Positions 23,001 to 37,961 of a stretch of 42,350 nt of DNA are shown piece by piece. The notes beneath the pieces are model-generated. The model had not been told where the DNA came from and searched no databases. It worked only from the letters and a program-made list of their open reading frames with translations. Each line of letters opens with the position of its first letter. Positions within the stretch are counted from its first letter, which is position 1. Made by a program: the position numbers and the translations under genes. The DNA lies in assembly GCA_000934665.2 (NCBI GenBank), contig JYFJ02003406.1:1-42350 (forward strand). Direction: 5' to 3'. Source of the DNA: Catajapyx aquilonaris. Taxonomy: Eukaryota.

Positions 23001-26000
23001 CTGCTAACTGGGGGAAAAAACATTTTGCAGAAAGAATGTAGCATACAATTGCGACTTATTTGCTTTGCATTATTATTATTATTATTTCCATCAGTTTTTT
23101 TGGCCTACAATTGGAAGGTCCAAATCTGCTGAATCAGCAGTATGGGTCTTTCTTTTTTAAAACTCACACGTCAAGGATTATACGACAAAGCCTGAAATCT
23201 GAATTCAGGAGTAGATTTACCATTTCAGAAACATGTTTTTTTTTGAGGTAAAAATCACACCAGATCCAATTCCAAACAAAAAACTTGAGGAGCCCAAATT
23301 TTTTGTCCCCCCCACAAAAAATGACCCAAAAAATGTTTAACAAATTTCTCTCTGGGAAACAACATCTTGGATCCGGATAGTTTACATAAGCTCTAGGGAT
23401 GCCACTCGATAAAAGCAGTCATTCAATCATTTTTTTAAAGCTTTTGTTAAAAGTTCATCATACATCACTTCCTGGTATATCTCAATTGAAACACGTATAC
23501 AAGCTACGGATGAAAACACACCCAAAAAATGCTCCGTAAACCATCACAGATCGAGCACCAAAGAAACTTTGATTTGATATGATACCGCGACTGGCATCCC
23601 TACAGTCGATGGTCAGCCAGGACAAGCCGCAAAGTGTGTATGTGTGTGGGGTAATGTTAGTGTGTGTGTGTGTGTATTTTAAGCAATTATTATTTTCTGC
23701 ATTTTTTAATAGTAAAAGTCCCGGGGTTACAGCCGATGTGCATACTTGCCTTTCTGCGGGGCGGCTAGAACGGACTCGGTAATGGGCGAACTGCCCAGAT
23801 CCTCGAGGAGTTTCCTCGACCGGGTGGGCATGTCCGGCAAAAGCGGCATGGCTGCTGGGGTAAAGTCACTCACGCTCTCCGTATCCGTCGTGATTGGAGA
23901 TATGTCCGAGAGCCTCTCATAAATGGCACTGGTGTAGTCGTCGGTCCTGAAGGTGCTGGCGATCCGATCTATGCTGCGGTCCTCCTCAGTTCCAAGCGGT
24001 CCCATGCGGTGGGAACGCGGCGGCATGCCACCCTGGTAGTAATGAAGACGCGTGGGATCGCCTAGGCTTCTGTAGTCATAATGAAGCCCTTCTCCACGGT
24101 AATACCCGCCGGATGCAGCAAGTTCCCTGCTTTTCCGGCCGTACTCATCTTGAAGTATCTCATCGATGGACTTGAGCACACTAGTACCCCGGAGTGGAGC
24201 TGCGGGACTGACTGAACTTGCTGCGTAACCGTGACCTGGAGGTGGGAAGCCTAGTTCAGCCGACTCCCTGAGTCGAGCCAGTCTTAGAAGCTCCTCGTGG
24301 AGACGAGCGTTTTCTTCAATCTGTTGTCGGCGACGGGCGATTTCGGCTTTGATCTTCTGTTTCTTCTCCTCACGGGTTAGCTGGTCGTCGTCGTCGTCGC
24401 TGACGTATGGCGACGGATGCCAGGATCGAGGCTTCTTGTGCTTGCGACCGTCGCGACGACGGATCTCTCTTGGTGACATGGCGGCGGCGGATGTGGACAG
24501 ACCCAACATGCTTCCGCTTCGAGACCAGTCTTCCAGGCCGCCGGAACCGTCGCTGCTTCGTCGCTGCTGGCCGTACCTGTAGATATCGGGTTGCATGTGT
24601 TATACATGGGAAGGACGTGGGGTACAGAACTGACGAGGTGAAGTCAACACACTTCCAGTTAGGTACAGTCGCACCACCTCCAGAAAACATTTTTCGGCTG
24701 GATAACAGCCAGAAATGATTCCTGGATGCACAGACGTTCCGGTTATCGATGTGGAGGTCCTGAACATTGAATGACTTCAGTTGATTTGAACTTGCTATTA
24801 CAGTTCTTGGTTGAAGACTTGAGAATGTGCTGAGGCCATAAAAAAGTTGTTCTGCGCCATACATAGATGAAAATTGACCTTTGCGACGACCTAGACCAAC
24901 TTTTTGAACTTGGCGATTGGATGGTGTTGGTAGGCGACAGACTGCCAAATGCGCACCACATGCCGCATCCACTATTGATTTAAATGTTGTGCAATATGCT
25001 GCTAAGTCAAGTTGTGCATCGGTGCATTTGCTGCCTCCTAAATATACTGAAATTTGCATAATTAAGTTATATTAATAAAACTATTAAGTCAAACTCAAAA
25101 ATAATACGAATCAATTAATTTACAATTAGTATTAAAACATTCATTGGACATTTTTATGCTTCTGTGTCATTCAAAGTTTTCATAGGATGATTACATATAA
25201 CTATGCACAATACTAATGGTATGATGAGCACACTGTCTTAAGCAAAGTGGCATGATTTCCCCATGCCCTTTCCCGTTTCTAAGTGCGCAATTCGCCTAGG
25301 GCACCCTATTTATCATGGGTGTATCAATTCCGTTCTAATTACGGCAGCGTTAAAATCGGCTGCACAAGCACGAAAATGCCATTAATACCAGCAAGTGCAA
25401 AGAAGTCGACTTACGTAACATCATCGGGCAGTTACGAAATTAATCAGATCCTTACAAATAGCTCGCTGAGGATGTGGAGCCCTGATGGAGCTGTCAATAA
25501 TTATTAAATGAGGTAATGATAAATAGGATAACTAGCTGTCCTATCGATTCCTTGTTGTGACACTTTGACGTCAAACTGTCCCCCAAAATTTGACTTCACC
25601 TCCTCAACATCACACACCAACAACACACCTAGAACATCCAGTGCACTAAACACGTCTCTATTCCTCATATCGACACACTACCTCTGACCTCTTACCAACA
25701 CCATAAAGAAAAACACATCAACATTCATCTAACACTCTATCAGGTGGTGAAACCAAACTTAACGAACAATCGTGTGTCGAAACGTGTTGTGTCGCGTAAC
25801 AAAAAAAATAAATCACGGTAACAATAATAGCACTACCTATAAATGTTGGGATAGAATGGAAACATTATATCCAAACTTCACAACAATGGCTGTGTGTAGA
25901 GGGCAAAAGGATGGCTCCGTGTCCTAATTGGTCTTCAGGCTCGGGGCAGAGTGAGGCCCTTCCAATATCCTCTGGCAAAATGCCCTATAGGACGTAATAG

Positions 26001-29000
26001 TCTTTGGTGGGGGGAGGGGGGAGAAGGGGGGGGGGGAATATTTCCCCCCAAAACCATCCTGAGAAAACCCGTTTTTTTTGCTAAGACCAACTGATTCATG
26101 GCACTTCAATTTTTTCTGTGATGTAACGTGGGATTTCTGGAAGATTGGATTGCTCCTTCAAACGTAATGGATAATTCTTACTTTTTATGATTATGACAAG
26201 GAGGAGCACTAGTTATGAGACATCATATTTGAAGGGGTTTTAAGTGCGAAAGATTCAAGTACGATGCACAGATTCAGCAGTGTTACGTAAACTGGTTGCC
26301 ATCTTGCCAAATATATTTCTGTACATTGAATCTCTAGGACCGTACTGTACCACCCATATCATAGTGTATGTCCCGTGTTCATATTGACGACCCAACAAAG
26401 CAGAAATAAAACACACCTAAGGCATTTTTATGTCTACTCTTGCCCCGACACCAAAATCAGAAAAGCTCAGTATTATGTATAGGGTGTGGAAAAAACGACA
26501 ACATGTAAACGTCGCTAACTCGACCAAGGGGGAAAGGGGGGGATAGTAATGGAGGAAAGGGGAGCCCCATCCTGACCACTTTAAAAAATATATATATTCG
26601 GCATTCAGCTAAAGCCATGCAGCGATAAAAGTCTTAATACACATTTATTTTATTTCTCTTCACTCTTCAGCCCCGTCCGTCTCCATCGAGTTAACGAGGG
26701 TGTGGGAAAACATGCAGCAGGTCAAAAATAAATTACATGTAATTATACACCATGGTATAATTATTCGGGTGTGACACAAGTCCTTTCGCGTCATTTCACA
26801 ATTAAAATGTAAGTACAGCGTGAAAGGAACTTGTGTCACACCGTATATGGTCTGTCTAATCCAAGATCACAGCGGATGCCGCTAGATGGGGGTATTTGCG
26901 CATGCGCATAACTTCCGCCGCCATCTTGGACCAGGCCATCCCACGATTGCTGACCCATCCCGATTGTTGACTTTCCGGCAACAAATAAGAAAAGCGGGCC
27001 AGGGGGCCGATCCCCCGCCCCCCCTACCTGGTGGATGCCAGGTAGTGGGAGCGGAAGTCGTCCTCGTCCTCCACCACCATGCTGTTGATGGCCGTCTCAC
27101 GGAGGGACCCGCCCGCAGCCGCGTAGGAAGAGGCCAGGTACGACTGCGACGGGTCAAATTCCCCCCGCCCCGGGGCAGCGGCAGCGGCAGCGGCAGCAGC
27201 AGCAGAAGGAGGCACAGGGGCGGACATCGAAGAGGTGGAGAAAGAGCGCCGAAGAAGAGGGTCGTCCAGAGACTCGTACTCGTACGACTTGAACGGGGGC
27301 TTCAGCGACGGGTGCAGCAGGCTCAGAGGACTCTGTTCGCAGTACGGCTCAGATATCAGGACTCTTGTCCTCTCCACTTATTTTCCCCTATCCCTGATCT
27401 AGGATGGCGATCCTTCAGGACTTCTACGCGCAGGTGGAATTGCCCCCAAAAGGTATGGGGAATTCCGGGATGACGTGGGCCCCACCCGGAGGAAATCAAT
27501 TGGCCAAAGAGCTAGCGTCTACAACTGAAATGCGTCTTGATCTTGGAAAGCAGCCGTAGGTGGATTTTTACGAGCGCAACTGAATGCGCACCGTAATTCG
27601 CGCAGCGTGCACGATTGGCATTATCAATGATAGCTGTAGCTATAGTGGGTGCGAATTTATTTCCAACTCTACCCTGGGGGGGGGGGGGGGGNGGGGGGGG
27701 GACAAAAAATATAATATAAATAAAACAAAACAAAACGAGCAATAAAAAAATAAAGAAATTAAAATAAAACCAGAATAAAATAAAATAATAAAAATATCAA
27801 GCTAATTAAACTAAATAAAATAAAATAAAAATGAAACAATTAATAATTAAAATAATGAAACAGTAAAATTAAACAATGTCAATAATATAAGCAAATTAAA
27901 AATGACCGACGATTGCGACGTTGCCAAGGCTCTCTGTAAGAGGCTACATTATTGTTGTCAGAACAGTGCTGCGCGAATGTGGGTGCGTACTCGGTTACGC
28001 TCGTATAAAATTCATCTATAGAAAGCATTGTTGACAACAATGCCAAATGTGGGAAGAAGTCCTGAAGAACACCTCTCAATCTACCCTCCCAACAATGTTT
28101 TTTTTTTTTTTTTCGACAAAATCTATCCTATCCTATCCTACCCTACCCTATCTGTATAAAAGTTTGGCGCACCCGCTCGTATTCTCTCTCCAGGTCCCTG
28201 TCCTCCTGAATGGGCGAGAAGGGCGGGTGCAACTTGGGGTCGGATAGCTGGCGGCGGTGACCTCTGCCCCTGCGACCCCGGGTCAACCCTCCCGACATCA
28301 GCCTCTGCTGCATCTCCAATCTGCCGGGGGAATTTCATTTTTTTTTTCTTTTTGTTTTGTTTGTTTTCTGCTGGATTGTTGGACACAAGCTAAAACCCGG
28401 CGAGTTTTTGTTCACACACGTGTGGTACATGCTGCGTGGGGTCACAGGTCATAAAAATCACACACACAACACACAGAATAAAACTAACCCCCAAAAAAAC
28501 GGTCGAGTGAACGACATTTGCATGGTCGTGAAGTGATGGGTCGTCGCGTGCCTGAATTTCAAGTGCTTTCCAAACACAAACCGTGGTACATGCTGCATGC
28601 CCACCATTATAAGGAAAAGGGGGGGGTGGTAAACACTTTTTGATTAATTATAGTTTATCCACCATGAAACTTACTTTTTGAGCGGATCCCGAAGCGTGAC
28701 AAACTTGCCCATCCGACTGTCCCACTCCCTGTCACGAAGAAGTCTTCGTCGTTCCTCCGATGTTAAGAAGTCACCCTCCGCACTGTATCCCCGTCTCATC
28801 TCCCTGGAACTTGTCTTCAATTCTTCCCTCAGTTGTTCCTTCAACGTCCGCAGGGAACTCGGCAGCTGATCAGGAAAAAGGACGGGAGAGAAGGGAACAG
28901 AGAGAAGAGACAGAGAAGATAGATAGAGACAGAAGCCAACACCGAACACCGTTTGAGCCACGTCTAACTCTCTTCCTAATTTAATTTTTTTTTAATTGTG

Positions 29001-32000
29001 AAAAATTTGCGGTTGGGGTCGTTTGAGCGCCACGGAAGCGACATTGAACGACAAATAGAAAGAGAAACGGGGAGCGTGTAAAAAGGGGGGGTCTGAATTT
29101 TTGAGGGAGGTGTGACATGGGGGGGGGGTGGTGCATGCCGGATTTACTACAGAGAGGGAAATTTTTGGAAGTTTTTTTTGGCAGGTGCATATCGAAGCAA
29201 GCTATACATTGTTTCACACCACATTGATAACTACGGCTCAAAAAATTAATTTTTTTTAAAAGGATATATATTTTTTTGAAGACTACTAGTGAGACACAAC
29301 GTGCTTTGACATTGGTATAAGGTGGTGGGGAAGTGTTGTGTGAAGGGTGATCCAAAAACACATTTTTTGGGGGGAATATTTTTGAGGGGGGGAACGCGAC
29401 TGATTTCTTAAAATTTGCCTTAAAAATTATCCTACTTATCTGCAACTGGGATCTAAATCTGCCATCCAAATATTACGGCCTACTGTCATTAAAATTTGAC
29501 CCTTGTAATTTTTATTTAAATTCGCAGATGGAAGAGACGGCGAGAGAGATAGTAAAAAGAGAGAGAGAACCGGAAAGAATGTAGTTATGTTTTTTTTACA
29601 TTAGAAATTAACGGTATTATTAATTAATATTAACCAGACCCTACCCTCCCAACCCTCTGAAAAATTCCCCTTTTTCGTAGGGTGGAGCGAGAGATAACTG
29701 TAAATTAATAAAATAAATCGCGATTTAACGTCTGTGCATGTAATATCGACGGGCGTAGGCATACTAGAGTTGGGATAAGGTCAGGTCAAAAGGTCAAGGA
29801 TAAGAGAGAAAGAGAGAGAGAAAGAGAAAGAGAGAGAGAGAGACACTCAACACTTGGATCTACCGGCCGATGGAGGGCAAATTTAGCATGCAAATTGCGA
29901 GTCCGCCTTTCACATTGAGCCATTTACATGCATAATTCCGTGCAGTAACATTTTTTTTTGGCAGAATACGCGAAGGATCCAATACATTTCGAGCCTTGTA
30001 AAACATCTAGTTTGAGTGTGGCGCAACAATAACAGCCAATAGCGACAGTTGACTCGAAACTGAATCCTTCAACACCAAATAAGGCGGAAGCTCGTGACCT
30101 TTAGTTATTTCGCAAAGAGCAAAATTTTCAGCTATCCCCAACCACTGATTTTTTTTAAAATTGTAAAAAAAAGTAGCTATGGCATATATGGGATGTCGTA
30201 CCTGCGAACCAAAAGCAGAACTATCGCTGAGAGAAGGCGTGGTGGATGTGAGTCCACCGGAACTTAGGAGGTGTCGAAGGTCAGGTGGTAGACAAGAGGC
30301 CAGCTCTGCCAAACTGCTACTGCTTCCTCCGACTCGATGAAGTGTGTCCGCCCTGTAGCTTGGATACAGGCTCGAAAGCACAGAGGTGGTCGTGGTCAGC
30401 TCTCCGGCTCCGTACCCAGACGTCGTTGTCCTCAGGTCAGAGCTACTAACGAGGCTGGAGGCTGTGGAATCGACAATTCGCGGGTATGACTACACGTCTC
30501 TTCGCGAGTTGCTTCTCTCAAAAAGTGTGCACTACAAAACAACGCTGTTTTTTTTTGGTAACTATCAAGGTGCACGCACTAATGCGGTGACTATTTTAGT
30601 TAATGACGTCGTTAACACGCGGCTGTTATTGGAAAAAAGCGAAAAATGCGTAACTACAGTGCTGTCGTAATTTGCGAAAAATGGCTGCATCTACAATGTG
30701 CAGTACGACATGAAGCTCAGAAGGCTACGCTTTCGTATCGGAAGACCCCGTACTTTTACCTACTGTCCTAGGCGTGCATATGCTGAAAGATAGGCATGGA
30801 TCCGCTGAAGGATAGGCGCGGATCCGCCGGTAAGGAAGGTTAGGTCATGTTGGTGCAGCGTGCCCATACCCCTGCCACATTCGGTCTCCCATTACGAAAG
30901 TCCTGATGCTCAGAATTGCCTCAAAGAGTGGCGCTTCTATAGAGGGAGGATAGCCTCTCTGTGAGGCTATTTTGAGCTTCAAGTATGCTACCTTACTCCT
31001 CACTACACATTGGAGACACTTATATTTTGCAAAATACAACAGTGTGCCTCTCTGCCTCGTACGGAATGTGAGTACGAGTTGACTGCAGTTTTTTTCGTGC
31101 AGGATGCAAAATTATGGTATATACAAAAATATGGCTGTGGTAACATGCTGCAGTCGGTGGAGCATGCTTCAAATTTTTTTTGTAAGAATTATATAGTTTA
31201 ACTAGACGTAGAAAAAATTTACGTGGTATACCTTCGTTCCCTTGCGGATATCACACGACGATATAAAACATTCGGATATATAACTTTTTATACACCCATG
31301 ATTCATTTCGTGGTAATTTCACAGAGTGTGCTGTAAAGTTGCCCTTCCCACAAATTATTAGATGGGTTATTCCCTATCAGTAAGTGCATGTGATGTGCGA
31401 CACATATGTGAGAAATTATTCTCTCAATACGTAAGAAAATAGTAGCTAAAAAAATAGGCCTGCGAAGAAAACTCATTTTGAAAATTTAGGTGGGTGCCAA
31501 GTAATGTTGCGAGCAATTGTATAGTGCTTGTCCGCAACTTTATTTGGCCAGTTTGGTCCCCTTTTATCACACCAATAAAATAGTCGAATTGTCGTCATAT
31601 AAACAGAGAGAGAGGTCCCTGGACAATAAGGGACATCCACATGTGCGGCCTACCTTGGAGGAGCCCGAGAGCAGAACCAGGTCGTGGAATGGTTTCCACT
31701 CCCATAGATATCTTGCGCAGGTTAGTCTCGCTCGAACTGGGTCGTGCCAACGACAACGCCGAACGTGGAAGTCCGGCGCCCAGTCCGGTCAGACGAGAGG
31801 TGTCAAAGGAGGAAGTCCGAAGAGGCGAGAGGGAACGACTACACGCATTGTTGGGGAATCAAAAGTTAGATCCATATGGTACAATCCAGTCGCCAAAAAA
31901 ACATTATTTTCATAATATGAAGCGATTTAACCTAGAGCTCATCATGGACATGCTACATGGCAAATATGAAGCGCTTCATCTCAAAATGCTTTTGCATAAT

Positions 32001-35000
32001 CCGGCTGTTTTTTTTGGCGAAAATTTGTCAGTTTTGACGACTACAATAGTGAGTTCCGGACACATTGTCTTAACAATGAGTCACCTGAGGCTGATGCGGT
32101 CCTGCGGAGGCTGAGACTTACTCCTCTCTCTTCTCCTGCTGGACGGCAGAGGCGCTGCTTCTTGGTCTGCCGGGAGAGCGGGGAGTTTGCGTCGGATGCG
32201 AAGCGATTTTTGCGAATCCGTTTCGCTCATGGTATCGGAAGAGTCGCCGCCTGCGTCTCGAGAACTGCGGGGAGTGCCCACTGGCGTGCCTTGTGGCGTA
32301 CCAAGTGGGGTCACTGCTAAAAAATCCGCTAGACATTAGGAAAGAATCGGTCAAAAATTTGACAGCCGATCGAAATCAGATCAAAATCAGGATTTGACTA
32401 ATCAATTGCGCTTTTGAAGGAAGGAAAAATAAACTAAACAGAACGAATCAATTTTGAGTCGAATTATATATTTTTGGGGGGCACGTGTCAGGTACAAGGT
32501 TGGACCATGTACCTGGTACCTCGCCTACTCGCATTGTATCGGATGGAAAACTAAAAAGATGTAAACGAACTGAAAAATAGGTTCGTAAACTAGGGTTCAT
32601 ACCGCAGTTCTGTCTGTTCCGCAACTTTTCCGGACTCTTCCGTAAAATATTCCATGAAATATTGTTGTACTACACACTAGGTTGTAGGCCATGAGCTGTT
32701 CACAGCCTTATGTTGTAGTAGTAGGAAGTAGTAGTAGTAGTACAGTAGAAGTAGGGTTCGACGCTTTCGGAACCACCTGTTTTGTTTTCTACACTACCAG
32801 AAACTGACCTGTGAGTCCCTGCTGGTACAACGAAGCTCCTGTAAGTCCTTGAGATACAACAACGCCAGGAACCGAACCCACACCCATCTGCCCCATTTGC
32901 AACATGCTGGAAAGACCAGCAGTGCCTAACATGTCTCGTCTAAGCGGTTGAGGAGACAATGGTTTTTGCATCTGGAACAAAATGTTCATATTGCGGATGT
33001 TGGATCTGGAATCTTTTGAAGTCTTTTGTCCGGACTTACAGCGACTTGTTGCAGTGCCTGCTCAGTTCTTCGACTTCTCCTCTGATGAGGAGATAACTGT
33101 GGATGTGCAGTTTGCTGCACTTGTATTTGTTGAGGAGAGGTGCTGCTGACCTGAGATTGAGGCGTGACTAGCGTGCCACCATGTGTCAAGGCGTGGTAGT
33201 GACCGCTGACCATAGGCTGACCATGGACATACACTGCCTGAGGTTGCTGCTGTGCCTGTTGCTGCTGGCCAAAAGTGACTGTCAGAAATAGTTTTATGTA
33301 TTTTATGCGAAACTTTTACCGGTTGTTGCGAGTACAGAAGTGGATGCTGCTGTGTGAGGACATATGCTGGAGTCCCTGTCTGGGCTCCTCCTTGTTGATG
33401 GAGAAGATGCTGGAGGTCACCTCCAGCTGCGTAGTAAGCAGCTTGTTGCGCTTGAGTCAACTGAGCGTGCTGCTGTTGTAAAGGCCCGTACACTGTGGCA
33501 CCTGGAGAGATGTCCATTCCAGGTACTGCTCCGGGTTGGAGGACCTGAAGACCTTGCATCCCCGCAGCCTGCTGGGATTGGAGCAATGCTTGTTGTTGTT
33601 GGCTCAGGGTGTAAGGTGTGGTGCCTATTCCCATGCTGGTGGGAGCTGAGGAGTAGGCCAGATGGTGTTGGTGTTGCAGGTGGGTCTGATGGTCCGAAGT
33701 GGCACCAAAAGTGCTGGTTGGAGGCTTCTCTTCGGATGGGGATGGCCGGGGGGATATCCCGCTCAGACCTGGTTTACAACAAATGGGTAAATGATTGAAA
33801 CCTGATGGACAAATCAACTGATATGGATTTACCCAAAGCTCTGCTAAAATCGGCGAGCATCCCACTGATGGTACCGGTACTGGCTTTAGTAGTTTGGACT
33901 TGATGCTGCTGTTGCTGTTGCTGCTGGGTTGATGTCACGATGCCCAGTTTTTGTTGCTGCAGCATCTGCTGCTGTGCAGTCAGTCCTGACATGGAGGTGA
34001 CCACTCCCATGCGACTCATGTCCATCACACCCTTGTCCTGAAGAGATTGTCAAAGCAGTTGAGTGGAAGTGGGGCCTCTGTAATGCCTGCAAACAGTGTT
34101 GCTTTCGAGGTGAACATTTTGCAATAACACACCGGGAGGAAAGAAACTTGCGAGCTCCTCAACACCAATATTCAAGTGCGACACATCCATGGATTGCATC
34201 TTTCCAGAAGGGTTTTCGCAATAAAAATGATAAGACGTACTTTTCACACACATTGAGCTGCATAGAAAAGTTATGAATGGGTGGGGTATTTACTGTACCT
34301 GTGGCGCATAGGATCTGAGCAAAAGGTACAAATTGCAGTGGATATTATATTTATACAATATATTCACAAAATGTTGTTTCGGCTAAATTTAATTTTCTGT
34401 CCAAGAAAACATTTCACTCTGGAATAAGTCTAGAATATTAATTTTGTCACCATTGTTGACAAATATATTCCAACCAGAAAAATGTTTCCTGGAGGTGGTG
34501 CAACCGGACCTAAATATTACAAACGACATTGTTGAACTGAAATATTAAAATATAGAGTTGTACGTAGATGTTATATAACTGCTTCATATTCCAATAATAG
34601 GAACCTTAATTACGGTACTTTCTTAGTTACTTTCTGTCTGGTATACTTAATATTTGCATATCGGTACTCTTGCATAGTATTCTGCTAATGTGGCCTATTT
34701 TGTGCAATTTTTAAATAATTTGTGTTATTTTGCTCAGATGTTCCAAACGCCACCGAACATATCGGCGAACACGATTTTTCGACAGAAGTTTTAAAAAACA
34801 CATGTGACCTTACGCAATGTCCATCTCTCCACATCATTTTTCTCTAATGAGGTCAGGAGTTTCCTAAGAGGTGTTGGAGGGCCGAATATATTAACGCAAC
34901 AAAAAGCCAAAAAACAAATTGACCCAAGGAGAAAGCGACGCAAGGAAGGCAGAAAAAGCGAGGAGCAGTTTGTAATATATATATTTTTTGAATCTTTTGG

Positions 35001-37914
35001 TGCTGATTTTTTTTCTTTTTACCTGAAACCGTTTCATGAGCTCCTGCTCCGCTCTTTCAATCGACGGAGAAACGTCCAAGATGGGGGAAAGGTCTGTGAC
35101 GGGCGACCAGTCAGCTGGTTCTGGTTTTGGCGCCCTCGTCTTCTTCCCGCCCGTCTGCTGCTTTACGGAGTGCGGGCAAAATTCAGGGGGGTTTGAATTG
35201 TTGTAATTTGTGAGATATTGGCGGGGATCATTTGTTAAAGGGGGAACCACAGCAACATAGGGAATTATGGAGGAGGAGGGGGGGAAGGGATTTTTGAGAG
35301 AGAAAAAGGTGTTCTAATTAGTGGCAAAGCTGGCGTCTCGACACAGGTTATTTGTTGTTTTTGGGGGCGTTCCAACAGTCATTAATAACATATAGTGCGT
35401 CACATGGAATCACACATGTGATGCATTTGCTAACGAGGATCAGTCAGATATATCCAGCTTTTGCATGAGTCAGAAGGCACCTCTGGATGTCAATCTTTTT
35501 AAAAATTCCTGCCATTCATATAAAAGAGAATCTCGTGTTGATTAGGATATGTTTAAAAAAAAGAGCAGTGCTCTACCATATTTGAAACGATGATACAATA
35601 TTGTATGCCTAAAATAAAGGTACAGGAGTATGAAGCACATATAAATTCCACTAAACATGATCTGAAATAAATTGACTATTTATAAACGTTATTTTAACTT
35701 GAAACAGTTCATCTACTTAGAGAGTTGGAAAAAGACTCTGATGATCATGATCGTATTTTAATTATAATTATGGATTAAGCTGCATGTACGAGTCCGATGG
35801 CGAAAAGATCTGATACATGGACAGCATAATTATTATTATTTCGTCAAAATATCATTCTCAACCTCTCTAGAGCATGTTAATTACACATTAAACAATTAGG
35901 TACCAAGTAACCATCATATGCTGACGGACACTAACGTGGAGAAATAGTACGAATCTATTATTTACTATTTATGATTGATATATTATAATATCCTAGTTTG
36001 TTGTCTGGGTGCCATCTAACCATGAGAGCTGGATACGAAAAAGCAGGTGGAAGAGAAAGAATGTGGAGAGATAGAGACAGAGGAAGAGAAAGAGGCCACA
36101 TATTATCTACAGAGGAATAAATGAACAGAGCGAAGAGTTTGGTACACAAGCGTATAGAGGGGGGGGGGGAAGTCATACGTGGAGAGAGGGCATAAAAATA
36201 GGCCAATAGTCACCAATAGATATGAGAACAACAGCGTGGGATTCGGCAAGAAAAAAAGTAAATGAGGGGCGCAGCGTATGTAGGCGCACAGAAAAATAGT
36301 ATAGAGCAAAAAGCTGCAGTCCTGACCCCTTGTCAACAATGAATCACACAACAAACGTGGACAACAATTCTCGCAAAAAAAATGGCATCTGTTGCGGTAT
36401 CAGAGAGGAAAATTGTATTTTTATTGCGTTGCGACACAACCTTGGCTGAAAATATTCGGTGCTGCGAAGCTTTTCTTCTGCCACAACGGTCATTACCATG
36501 AGCGTCACCATCACCACCACATCAACAACAACAACAGCAAGGACAACAACGAAAGCTAGTGTTGCCAAAGCGACGATTTGCTGTCAGTGACCTAAATATG
36601 TGCATCTAGTTTCCAGCTATAGGGAGGTTCATTAGGCTTAGGCCCTGCTATTGGCGCTCTAAGGACTCATAGGCCTAATTAGTGGGAGGGGTGTAAGTGA
36701 AGCTACAGTTTGTTCTAATTAGGGGACAGCTACAAATTTCACTACATCTGGCAACAATACTAACCTGGAAATCTATGGGTTTCGGTTTTGGTTTTGTACT
36801 AAGGCCATCTGATTGGGATAACTGTTGTTGCTGTTGCTGTTGTTGCTGAAGCTGCATCAGTTGCTGCTGCAGCTGCTGTTGTAGCTGTTGCTGCTGTGAC
36901 GGTGATGCTGTTGCATCCACTGCCTGCGCAGCTAAAAACTGCGCTTGCAACGTATCCTGGATCAACTGTGGTTGTTGCTGGGGCTGCTGTTGCTGCTGTT
37001 GTTGGATTGGTTGCGGTTGTTGTTGGTTTGGTTGGGTTAAAGGAAATGCCTGGCTGTTCGACACTACTGGTTGGGCCGACTGTAAAAAGAATAACGTTTG
37101 CAAAAAATAGAAATAACCCCTATCGACATATCGTGGTCCAAATAATTCCTCTCTGGTATCGCGCGAGTTTTGTTTACACAGTGCCCTTGTTTATTTATCG
37201 CAAACGTTCGTCAAATTACCTGCATCGGACGCAAAAGCCGGTCTGGATCCATTTGCTGTGTCGTAGGAGCCATCATACTACTCGGTGCCACCTCATTTGC
37301 TGTCATGGATTGTGTTCTGCAAAAAAAGGTTCTTTCCATGTCTCAGTCTTTCTCTATTTTTTAAAGCAAGAAATCCTCACTATATCTTGGCGAAGTTGGT
37401 TTCTAACGATAGATAAGAAAATGTAGATTCTAATTGTGCAATCAGTTATTATCAGTACTGAACGGTAAGTCCAGGAAAAGATGTCAAAATTGAGGATTGG
37501 TCTTTCAGCTTTCATGTATCGACAAAATTTGATTTCTATATATAGAAATCAAAATTAGCGATTTGATTTGAAAAGCCAGACTTGATTTCAACGATGACTT
37601 ACGTTCCGGAAAACCTAGTCATCGTGGGCCTTGGAGCGGTGTGAGCCTGCTGATCTATTATCTGGGTTGTGTGCTGTTGCTGATAGGGATCCTCTTTGCT
37701 AATTTGCGGTCTAATTGGCTGCTGCACACCACCGGTGAAAGAGTTGTATTGATCCCATGCCTGGGATACTTGAGGTCCTCGCTGACGTATGCCTGCATCT
37801 ACCTCCATAATGTCTGCAGAGAATGGTTTCAAGTCAATATTCAGCTGGAACATATGAAATTGATTGGTTTTTACCTGGTGGTTTCTGAACGGTGCCTATC
37901 ATGGAGGAAAGCGG

Positions 37915-37961
<47 letters not shown>

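Noticed and set aside
26886..27473. 195-aa plus-strand ORF with GSGS repeats
   Set aside because: Antisense of a GC-rich Piccolo exon containing poly-Ala; no independent support.
30769..30830. About three degenerate copies of a 22-bp unit (GGCATGGATCCGCTGAAGGATA)
   Set aside because: Short intronic minisatellite with no evident function.
18700..31400. TGCATG (Rbfox) motifs in Piccolo introns
   Set aside because: By eye they are about equally common on both strands, so no sense-strand enrichment is evident.
36344..36568. Val-rich minus-strand ORF suggesting a transmembrane exon of Piccolo
   Set aside because: Derived from GTT/GTG microsatellite-like sequence; the flanking exons already join in phase without it.
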